Shown here: positions 1 to 6,744 of the stretch, one piece after another
Layout: each line of letters begins with the position of its first letter
Position numbering within the stretch: position 1 is the first letter of the stretch
Assembly: GCA_019056805.1 (NCBI GenBank)
Contig: DXJG01000009.1
Span: 306,769-338,768 of the forward strand
Direction of reading: 5' to 3'
From: Candidatus Baldrarchaeota archaeon
GTDB lineage: Archaea > Asgardarchaeota > Baldrarchaeia > Baldrarchaeales > DXJG01
Length of the DNA stretch: 32,000 nucleotides
Position numbers and translations under genes: made by a program
The notes under the pieces: model-generated
Seen by the model: only the letters and a program-made list of their open reading frames with translations
Told to the model about the DNA's origin: nothing
Database searches by the model: none

Positions 1-1302
1 TATTGTTGGCGTCAAGTCGTAAAGATTAGCTTCAACTTCTAAGCCTTCAGGAATACCGTGTCCTAGTATAGCTAATATTCCTGGTACGTCTCTTGGATCA
101 TGTGTTCCATCATGTCCTCCATTCCACTTTTCAGACTTTACAATACATTTTTGAGTTTTATATTCCTTTGATTTGCCTCTACTTGCCTGCCAACCTGAAT
201 TAAAAAGTATTATTAGATCTGGGGCCTCCTCTACATAAGGCCCCCAATATACGTCTCGTGTAGCCACATACTTCACTACTTTTTGCCCATCTACCTCTAT
301 CTTCTCTAAATTTTTCTTAATTTTTTGCAGAATCTCTCCGTATTCTTCAGGTTTTATTTTCCCTTGCGGTTCTCTCCCCTTCAAATTTAACCATACATCT
401 CCATACTCATACGCAACCGCCACACTACCTTCAACATCTATTTCTCCCTTAACATCTCCCTTTAGGAAACCTTGTTTATGTAGTAAGCAATTAACTAATA
501 CCTCACTATGCACCGGACAGAAACCGTGATCAGAAAGCAAAATAAACAAAGTTTCCTCAAGATCTATATTCTCCAGAAACCTAGAAATAATTACATCCAT
601 TTTTTGATAATATCTCTTAACTTTCTCTGTAAACTCATTCTTCTCATATTCTGGATGTCTTTCATCCACATATTTCCAGAAAAAGTGCTGTATACGATCT
701 GTACCCATAAACACCGTTATAAAAAAATCCCATTCTTCTTCCTCAAGTAAAAATAAGCTTATATCCATTTGTATATCAGTTATTTCATCTACTCTTTCAA
801 AAAACTTGTCCGGTTCCTCCTTAACCCTTTCGAGTAGCTTTATTTCCACATCACCTTTAAACTGTTTAATTCCGAATTTGCCTTGTAATTTTTCTTTTAT
901 TTTGGTTGGATACGGTATCCCTTCATTTTTTGCTAGAAATCCTGGTATTATGAATCCGTTTAACTCTTCTGTTCTTGCCATGGGGACATTTATTACACCC
1001 ACTTTTTTGTCATGTTCACTTAATATTTTCCATAGAGTTTTTGTTTTTATTTTATCAGGAGTATTCACTTTTCTTTTGTATGTCCCCTTTTCTCTTGTCA
1101 TAAAGCTGAATATTCCATGCTTCCCCGGGTTTACTCCCGTCATAAAAGTTGTCCATGCCACCGGAGTTTGTGCTGGTAACGGCGGTATCGTTCTACCCAT
1201 TATCCCCTGCTTTTTTATTTTTCTTAGAGCTGGCAGCGTCTCTATCCATTTTTCTACCAATATAGGTGACAAACCATCTGAGCCAATTACTAAGACCCTC
1301 AT
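1..1302 (-). CDS. Alkaline phosphatase superfamily / type I phosphodiesterase-nucleotide pyrophosphatase family protein (3' end runs off the window)
   Basis: Hand translation from ATG at 1302 gives 434 open codons: MRVLVIGSDGLSP...QTPVAWTTFMTGVNPGKHGIF...TDRIQHFFW...LSDHGF...GGHDGTH...LYDLTPTI. These are the AlkP motifs (first Asp, Thr nucleophile, DxxQH, SDHG). GGGAG lies upstream. Absent from the ORF track because its stop is outside the window. Confidence 0.9.
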   Translation of the reverse strand, partial: MRVLVIGSDGLSPILVEKWIETLPALRKIKKQGIMGRTIPPLPAQTPVAWTTFMTGVNPGKHGIFSFMTREKGTYKRKVNTPDKIKTKTLWKILSEHDKKVGVINVPMARTEELNGFIIPGFLAKNEGIPYPTKIKEKLQGKFGIKQFKGDVEIKLLERVKEEPDKFFERVDEITDIQMDISLFLLEEEEWDFFITVFMGTDRIQHFFWKYVDERHPEYEKNEFTEKVKRYYQKMDVIISRFLENIDLEETLFILLSDHGFCPVHSEVLVNCLLHKQGFLKGDVKGEIDVEGSVAVAYEYGDVWLNLKGREPQGKIKPEEYGEILQKIKKNLEKIEVDGQKVVKYVATRDVYWGPYVEEAPDLIILFNSGWQASRGKSKEYKTQKCIVKSEKWNGGHDGTHDPRDVPGILAILGHGIPEGLEVEANLYDLTPTI

Positions 1303-1362
1303 TTTCCAACTCCCTTAAATGATCAAGTACAACCCACGCTTAGGGCGAAACAATTAAATATA

Positions 1363-2382
1363 TCAAACTGCAGCTTTCTGTATCTTTTTAAGTCCTCTCA
1401 TGGCTACTATGTATGCTGATGTTGTATGAACGTCTAGTCCCAAATCTCCCGCTATTATCTTAGCACTTATTGATGAGTATGCTGGATTAACCTTTATTAA
1501 CTCTCCTTCAACCTTGGGGACTAAAACCTCCATCTGTTGTGTAAACTCCCTTAAAGCCATCTTTGAAATCTTCCTCTTAGCAGTCTTATTACCTTTAGGT
1601 TTTGGTTTAGACAATCTTTCAATAACATAGTATTTTACGCCGTGCTCTCTAGCATACTTCACAAGCTTAGTAAGGGATTCTCTCCTTAAAGAAACCGCCT
1701 TCTCCCTTGGAAATCCATGAGATGTAATCTCCATAAAATGCTCGTTTCTAACGTCTCTCATAATTCCCTGTCTATCAATTATCACCATATTTATCCTATC
1801 TGGGTTAAAGTCAAAGCCGGCAATATGTTCAGTAATCTTCGTCTTTGATTCTTTCCTCATATATTTAACGTAGAGTTCTAGTGGAATATTTATGTAGAGG
1901 ATTAATTTACTGTCTTTTGTACATATACCCGCTCCATAAGATATGTTGGAATTCGTCAATTCTTGAATTATCGGTATGTGTTTCCTTCCAAACTTTACTT
2001 TAGCTTTTAACCATCTATGTTTCCCAGTAGCTGAAGGTATTTTAATTAGCACGATTTCAGTCGACATTAACCTTATGTTTCTATTACCTTTCTCAGCTTT
2101 AACACCAACCGAATATAATTGTGGTTTCTTAAGTTTGAGATACGGTTGCTCACTATACAGTTTTGCCCTTATGTATGCTGAACGCGAGTACCATTTATTG
2201 TTAAGTATTCTTGACGTTAACAGCTTGATTATTTTGTTTTCTTTTAATCCTTTCTTCAACAGTGAATGAGCATAGTCAACAGCATCTTTAAAGTTCCTCA
2301 TAACGTATAGTAAAAAGGCTTTATCCTCTGCTGAGCTGAGAACGAGCTTTCCCTTAATTGTAGGTCTCACTTCTTTTCCCAC
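1363..2382 (-). CDS. tnpB: TnpB-family protein, atypical (no C-terminal Zn finger, His at the RuvC-III position)
   Basis: RuvC-I-like AGFDFN, RuvC-II-like YVIERL, VNPAYSS followed directly by LGLDVHTTSAYIVAMRG with no CxxC pairs. Basic 339-aa protein with a GTG start. Confidence 0.8.
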   Translation of the reverse strand: MGKEVRPTIKGKLVLSSAEDKAFLLYVMRNFKDAVDYAHSLLKKGLKENKIIKLLTSRILNNKWYSRSAYIRAKLYSEQPYLKLKKPQLYSVGVKAEKGNRNIRLMSTEIVLIKIPSATGKHRWLKAKVKFGRKHIPIIQELTNSNISYGAGICTKDSKLILYINIPLELYVKYMRKESKTKITEHIAGFDFNPDRINMVIIDRQGIMRDVRNEHFMEITSHGFPREKAVSLRRESLTKLVKYAREHGVKYYVIERLSKPKPKGNKTAKRKISKMALREFTQQMEVLVPKVEGELIKVNPAYSSISAKIIAGDLGLDVHTTSAYIVAMRGLKKIQKAAV

Positions 2383-2525
2383 TTCTCGACCACCATCCTA
2401 CCATTCTTCTCATCATAGTAAACTACGAGCTTATCCTTTGGTTTAAGATCCCACTTCTCGGCAATCTCCTTAGGTATGGTCATCTTCATTTTGGGTAAAA
2501 CCCTATATACCCCTATTAACTCCAT
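2367..2525 (-). CDS. AbrB/MazE/SpoVT-family DNA-binding protein, 52 aa (overlaps tnpB start by 16 nt)
   Basis: Hand translation: MELIGVYRVLPKMKMTIPKEIAEKWDLKPKDKLVVYYDEKNGRMVVEKWEKK, matching the xxIPKxxxxxxxLKxxDxL swapped-hairpin pattern. GGTGA at 2530-2534 precedes the ATG. Confidence 0.8.
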   Translation of the reverse strand: MELIGVYRVLPKMKMTIPKEIAEKWDLKPKDKLVVYYDEKNGRMVVEKWEKK

Positions 2526-2557
2526 GGTATCACCAGAAATATTTATAAACCACTGAG

Positions 2558-2565
2558 TATATAAA
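2558..2565. promoter_or_regulatory. Archaeal TATA box, possibly bidirectional (TTTATATA on - for abrB-tnpB; TATATAAA on + for the ncRNA candidate)
   Basis: TATA consensus with an A-rich BRE-like tract on the minus strand. It lies 23 nt before the GGTGA of abrB and about 17 nt before the start of the GC-rich structure on the plus strand. Confidence 0.5.
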
Positions 2566-2581
2566 AATTTTTAAGCATCGA

Positions 2582-2712
2582 CCCCTATGAAGAAGGCGAG
2601 GGGGATGAGCACAGATGAACCCAGATTCGATGATGGGAGTGCTGAATTAGCGTGTAGGTGCTCCTTCAGTCGGGTCTGGGCGACTCACACCCGTGATGAG
2701 ACACTCTGTGTC
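2582..2712 (+). ncRNA. Candidate structured non-coding RNA with k-loop/k-turn motifs (family unidentified)
   Basis: 73/131 nt are G+C (56%) in an AT-rich window. K-loop CCCC-UAU-GA-AGAAGGC-GA-GGGG at 2582-2603; 11-bp stem 2620-2630/2670-2680; 7-bp stem 2636-2642/2658-2664; UGAG/CUCA 2606-2609/2684-2687; hairpin GACAC-UCU-GUGUC 2700-2712. G-U wobble pairs work only on the + strand. Confidence 0.7.
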
Positions 2713-2730
2713 AAAAGATATTAAAAGATA
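2713..2730. repeat. Tandem 8-bp direct repeat AAAAGATA-tt-AAAAGATA (possible operator)
   Basis: Two exact copies at 10-bp periodicity, about 60 nt upstream of the RHH gene. The operator role is inference. Confidence 0.3.
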
Positions 2731-2792
2731 CGGGGTGGTTGAACGGCATTAGCTTTTTATTGATTGTTGAGAATTTATTGTGGGGAATTGTT

Positions 2793-2978
2793 ATGAGTAA
2801 GGTAAAATATGTAAATATTTCTATCCCTAAGCCTTTATATGAACGTTTAGAAAAAGCTTTAAAGGACTCTGGCTATAGGAGTCCGACTGAATATATCATT
2901 TTCCTTATCAGGAAACATCTCGCTGACCTTGAGTCTGATGATCTCGATCGTAGATTAAAGGCCCTCGGCTACAAATAA
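2793..2978 (+). CDS. Ribbon-helix-helix (CopG-like) transcriptional regulator, 61 aa
   Basis: MSKVKYVNISIPKPLYERLEKALKDSGYRSPTEYIIFLIRK... shows an alternating beta-strand plus helix-G-helix RHH pattern and ends in RLKALGY. ATG at 2793 preferred over the track's TTG at 2739. Confidence 0.8.
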   Translation: MSKVKYVNISIPKPLYERLEKALKDSGYRSPTEYIIFLIRKHLADLESDDLDRRLKALGYK

Positions 2979-3081
2979 AATATCTGAAATTTATTAAAAT
3001 TCTACTTTTGTTAGTGTTTGGAGAAAGATGAAGTTTACTGTTCTGTTTTTAGACTTGTAGAAAGAGGAATAGTGAGTATTA

Positions 3082-3525
3082 TTATTCTTCACTACGAAAT
3101 AGTATTGTCAAGGCTCCAGCAGCGGTGCCTATTGCAGCTATTAGAAGATGGAGAAAATATGTCTGAAATATTATTAAACAAATTACAATTACCAGAGTAG
3201 CGGTTAAACTACCTCCCAATGTAAATTTTTTAAGTTTTGGTTGCTGCTTAAACCAGGTCCAGCCGTTTTTTAGTGAAATTTTGAGTTGATGAAAACCAAG
3301 GAGAATTAGATTAATAAGAAGACGAGTGAAATCAAATAGTATGGACCCTCCGATGACAACGGCTTTATCGGTGCGTGGCGGGTTTGTGTACAAGTTTCTT
3401 GCTCCACATTTTTCACATTCTATGTATAAATAACCATTGCTACCGTAACCCCTAAGTAGAGTATAACCTTCCCAACCACATTCTTTACATTTTACATAGT
3501 AGCAACTTTTAGTACGCTTATCCAT
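3082..3525 (-). CDS. Hypothetical membrane protein with N-terminal Zn ribbon
   Basis: CKECG...CEKCG followed by 2-3 hydrophobic segments. GAGGT RBS precedes the ATG at 3525 (147 aa). Confidence 0.65.
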   Translation of the reverse strand: MDKRTKSCYYVKCKECGWEGYTLLRGYGSNGYLYIECEKCGARNLYTNPPRTDKAVVIGGSILFDFTRLLINLILLGFHQLKISLKNGWTWFKQQPKLKKFTLGGSLTATLVIVICLIIFQTYFLHLLIAAIGTAAGALTILFRSEE

Positions 3526-3763
3526 ATTTTTAACCTCAATTAACATTCTAAGCCCATTAACTATTTAAATCAATTGGATTTAACCATAAATCATTTATAA
3601 ATAATCATCATAGAAGATGATTATAACTAAAATCCATCGACAAAATATTTTAATACTATCAGTCGGGGGAAATTCTCTCTTCCATAAGGATGAGAATGAA
3701 AATAACTTTCATATATTTCTGCTGCGATACTATAATAAAATACTATAAAGGGATCAATAATAC

Positions 3764-3879
3764 ATGTCAAAATTCGGAAGTTTGAGGAGAATAGTTATAC
3801 CAAAATCGATCTGCAAAAGACTCTTGTTATCAAGGAAAGTTATAAGGTAGAGGTTATATTTGAGAAGGTAGATGAATAA
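3764..3879 (+). pseudogene. Frameshifted AbrB/MazE/SpoVT-like gene, stop overlapping tnpB start (TAATG)
   Basis: Frame 1 from ATG 3764 reads MSKFGSLRRIVIPKSICKRL. A second frame from 3823 reads LVIKESYKVEVIFEKVDE* (TAA 3877-3879). Joined, they give a typical AbrB pattern; the shift is at CTCT around 3821-3824. Confidence 0.65.
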
Positions 3880-5081
3880 TGCTTCTTAGCTACCGATTTC
3901 GCATATATCCTTCAAAAACGATCCAAGCTAAGCTGAATGAGCAACTTGAGATATGTAGATGGCTCTATAACCGACTATTAGAAGAAGTTAACAAGGCAAG
4001 AAAAGAAGGAAGGAAAATCAATAGGCAAGATACACAAGCCCTTATTGTAAAGCTCAAAGAGGAGAAGCCAGAACTAAACAAAGTTTACTCTAAGGTTTTG
4101 CAAATGGTGAACTATCAGCTATGGTCAAACATTAAGACTTTAGCTGAATTGAAGCGAAAAGGAAAGAAAACTGGAACGCTAAGGTATAAAACTGGAAACT
4201 CATTCAAAACTCTGAATTTTAATCAATCAGGCTTTAAAATCGATTTTAAACGAAGGAAACTCGTCTTGTCCAAGGTTGGTGAGATTCCAATCAAGTTACA
4301 CAGAAAAATTGAAGGAAAAATCAAAGGAGTTATAATCAAGAGGACAAAATCTGAAAAGTGGTTTGCACTCGTTCAACTCGAAGTTGTAGATGAAACGATA
4401 CCAAAAACTGGAAGGGTCATTGGTATCGATATGGGAGTTCATCACTTCGCTACCGATTCAGATGGCAATCGTTTCGAAAACCCAAAGTTTCTAGATAAAA
4501 CAATAGAGAAGATAAGGAAAATCCAAAAAGTGCTATCAAGAAAACAGAAAGGTTCAAAGAATAGAGAAAAGGCTAGAAAGAGACTGGCTAAGCTTTACGA
4601 AAAATTAGAAAATCAGAGAAACGATTTCCTTCACAAACTTTCCCGCTACTACATCAACAACTACGATGTTGTCTGCATTGAGGATTTAGATATTAAGAGT
4701 TTGGTTGAAAATAACAGATCCCACACTTTGAACCGTCACATTTTGGATGCTTCTTGGTCAAAGTTCATTCAACTACTCTTCTATAAGGCTGAAAGAGCTA
4801 ATAGAAGAGTAGTTAAGGTAAATCCAAAAAATACATCAAGAATATGTGCTAGATGTGGTAAGATTATCAAGATTGAATTAAAGGACAGATTATTTGTTTG
4901 TCCTTATTGCAGTTGGGAGGCGGACAGAGATTATAATGCCTCCCTGAACATTCTGAATGCGGGGCTGGGACGGCCCTTAGCGCCTGTGGAGAGAGAACCT
5001 CTACTCCGTATCGTTTCTTATTGGGAAGTAATTACGGGGCAAGTTCTCTCAATGAAGCAGGAAGCCCCTTGCGTCAGCTAG
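3879..5081 (+). CDS. tnpB: IS200/IS605-family RNA-guided endonuclease TnpB (canonical, HTH_OrfB type), 400 aa
   Basis: N-terminal YRFRIYP/HTH region, RuvC-I GIDMG, RuvC-II CIEDL, Zn finger CARC...CPYC, RuvC-III ADRDYNA. Catalytic D/E/D intact. Confidence 0.95.
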   Translation: MLLSYRFRIYPSKTIQAKLNEQLEICRWLYNRLLEEVNKARKEGRKINRQDTQALIVKLKEEKPELNKVYSKVLQMVNYQLWSNIKTLAELKRKGKKTGTLRYKTGNSFKTLNFNQSGFKIDFKRRKLVLSKVGEIPIKLHRKIEGKIKGVIIKRTKSEKWFALVQLEVVDETIPKTGRVIGIDMGVHHFATDSDGNRFENPKFLDKTIEKIRKIQKVLSRKQKGSKNREKARKRLAKLYEKLENQRNDFLHKLSRYYINNYDVVCIEDLDIKSLVENNRSHTLNRHILDASWSKFIQLLFYKAERANRRVVKVNPKNTSRICARCGKIIKIELKDRLFVCPYCSWEADRDYNASLNILNAGLGRPLAPVEREPLLRIVSYWEVITGQVLSMKQEAPCVS

Positions 5082-5108
5082 GGGTAGTTCACCTACTTAA
5101 GCCATAAG
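4959..5108 (+). ncRNA. Predicted reRNA/omegaRNA of the IS605-type TnpB (scaffold to 5092, guide from 5093)
   Basis: GC-rich stems overlap the tnpB 3' end: GGGC/GCCC at about 4962-4976, GAGAGAAC 4991-4998 with GTTCTCTC 5043-5050, plus the terminal hairpin. Boundaries are inferred from known TnpB reRNA layout. Confidence 0.7.
5061..5092 (+). mobile_element. IS200/IS605 right end (subterminal hairpin and TCAC cleavage site)
   Basis: GAAG-CCCCT-T-GC-GTCA-GC-T-AGGGG-TAGT-TCAC. The guide tetramer GAAG and cleavage site TCAC fit the IS608-type guide/cleavage-site pairing scheme. The left end was not located. Confidence 0.8.
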
Positions 5109-5221
5109 TGACAAATATTATCATGACATTTATATATCTACATGTATTGTATTAACGTGTCTAAATATAAAATAAGGAGAAATACGATGTAAGAACTCCG
5201 AGAGTAACCTGAGGGGACTAC

Positions 5222-6310
5222 ATGAGAAAGCCAACAATATCTTTGATTATTCCCACGTATAATGAAAAAGAAAACCTACCAGTGCTCGTAAGAAGAATTC
5301 ACGAATCGTTATCTAACTATTGTGACTACGAAATTATCGTTGTTGATGACGATAGCCCCGATGAAACCTGGAAAGTTGCACAAGAACTATCAAAACAATA
5401 CCCAGTACGAGTAATCAGACGCGAGGGAAAACTAGGATTATCCTCCGCAGTAATCGAAGGATTCAAACAAGCACGCGGAGAACTCCTCGGCGTAATGGAC
5501 GCAGACCTACAACACCCACCAGAAATACTCCCAAACTTAATAGAAGAAATAAAAAACGGCAAAGACATCGTAGTAGCAAGTAGATACGTCAAAGGAGGAA
5601 AAATAGAAAACTGGGGACTAAAACGAAAAATAGTATCCAAAGGAGCCAGATTTCTAACAAAAGTCCTAGTTCCACAAGCAAGAAGCATAAAAGACCCCCT
5701 CTCAGGCTACTTCATTCTCAGAAGAGAAGTAGTTGAAGAAGCAGAGTTAAATCCAGTCGGATACAAAATCCTCCTAGAAATCTTAGTAAAAGGAAGCTAC
5801 GAAGAGGTAGCGGAAGTCCCCTTCACTTTTGGAACAAGAGAGATGGGGAAAAGCAAATTAACGGTAGGCGAGTACACTAACTTTTTAAGACATTTATATA
5901 GACTTTCAGAAACTGTAGGAGAAGTCGTAAAATTAGTTAGATACATGGTAATAAGTGTACTATCATTATTTGTAAATGTCTTTTTCTTTCTTGCTTTAAC
6001 AAACTATCTCAACCTTCACTACTTGTACTCCTCTATTCTAAGTTTAGAAGCCATGATACTATTCAGTTTTGTCTTAAGCGAAATGTGGATCTCAAAAAAC
6101 AGAAAAATTAAGAAACCAACTAGCGCCGTGTTGAGAGCTGTAAAATATAACATGTTATGCTTGGGAGGTTTACTAATAAACATTGGCATTCTATGGCTAT
6201 TTACAAATGTTTTCAACGTCTACTATCTCATCTCAAACTTCTTCGGCGCAACCGGGGCGGTCATATGGAACTATGCAATGAACGTTTGGTTAACATGGAA
6301 AACACGGTAG
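5222..6310 (+). CDS. Dolichol-phosphate glycosyltransferase (GT2, DPM1-like) with C-terminal GtrA-like membrane domain
   Basis: IIPTYNE, VVDDDSPD, GLSSAV, VMDADLQHPPE, VVASRY and DPLSGYF motifs, followed by four hydrophobic helices. Confidence 0.92.
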   Translation: MRKPTISLIIPTYNEKENLPVLVRRIHESLSNYCDYEIIVVDDDSPDETWKVAQELSKQYPVRVIRREGKLGLSSAVIEGFKQARGELLGVMDADLQHPPEILPNLIEEIKNGKDIVVASRYVKGGKIENWGLKRKIVSKGARFLTKVLVPQARSIKDPLSGYFILRREVVEEAELNPVGYKILLEILVKGSYEEVAEVPFTFGTREMGKSKLTVGEYTNFLRHLYRLSETVGEVVKLVRYMVISVLSLFVNVFFFLALTNYLNLHYLYSSILSLEAMILFSFVLSEMWISKNRKIKKPTSAVLRAVKYNMLCLGGLLINIGILWLFTNVFNVYYLISNFFGATGAVIWNYAMNVWLTWKTR

Positions 6311-6744
6311 TAGCAACTAAATTACTAAGTAGAAAATAACTTCTAAGTGTTTACTTCTTAGTTAGAAATTAGCGATTAAGTAAAATACACCCACTGTTTC
6401 ACTTAGAATTTTTACCTTGTACATTAAACAATTGTGAAGCAAGTCATTTTACGTTGAAGGGAAAGACCACTTATTCAAATACAAAGTACATGAGAATGAA
6501 GTGATTTAGCTATAACTTGAAACTTCTAGGATGAAAAGCAAAGTAGTTCCGTCAAAAAACATTTCTAAAACAAAACCAAATGTACTATCATATTCAGAAC
6601 CCATTTTCATTCGATGTTTCATCTTTTTAAACAAAACATTTAACAAAACATATAAAATAATACCTTTTAAACCTACAAACTTAATAATATGTAATGTTTT
6701 CGACACCCTTTTAATCGTTTAACTCTACTTTGGAGTGACAGGCA

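Noticed and set aside
508-1318. Track ORFs 508-750(+) and 806-1318(+)
   Set aside because: They are antisense shadows of the phosphodiesterase gene, which has clear family motifs on the minus strand.
1339-1346. CTTAGGGC here and its complement GCCCTAAG at 31285-31292
   Set aside because: Orientations relative to the elements are inconsistent, the second copy reads as agmatinase codons, and an 8-mer match is expected by chance in 32 kb.
2688-2737. Hammerhead-like core: GUGAUGA-GACAC-UCU-GUGUC-AAAA with possible stem I CACCC/GGGUG
   Set aside because: The invariant C3 and G12 are missing (GUGAUGA, AAAA) and no credible stem III with a UH cleavage site forms.
3665-3679. Hairpin GGGGGA-AAT-TCTCTC as IS605 left end of the second element
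   Set aside because: It relies on G-T pairs with a 3-nt loop, and no matching guide tetramer or target site could be identified.
6311-6744. Small ORFs 6506-6706(-) and 6531-6722(+) in the intergenic gap
   Set aside because: No recognisable motif or RBS. They may be gene debris but cannot be supported.
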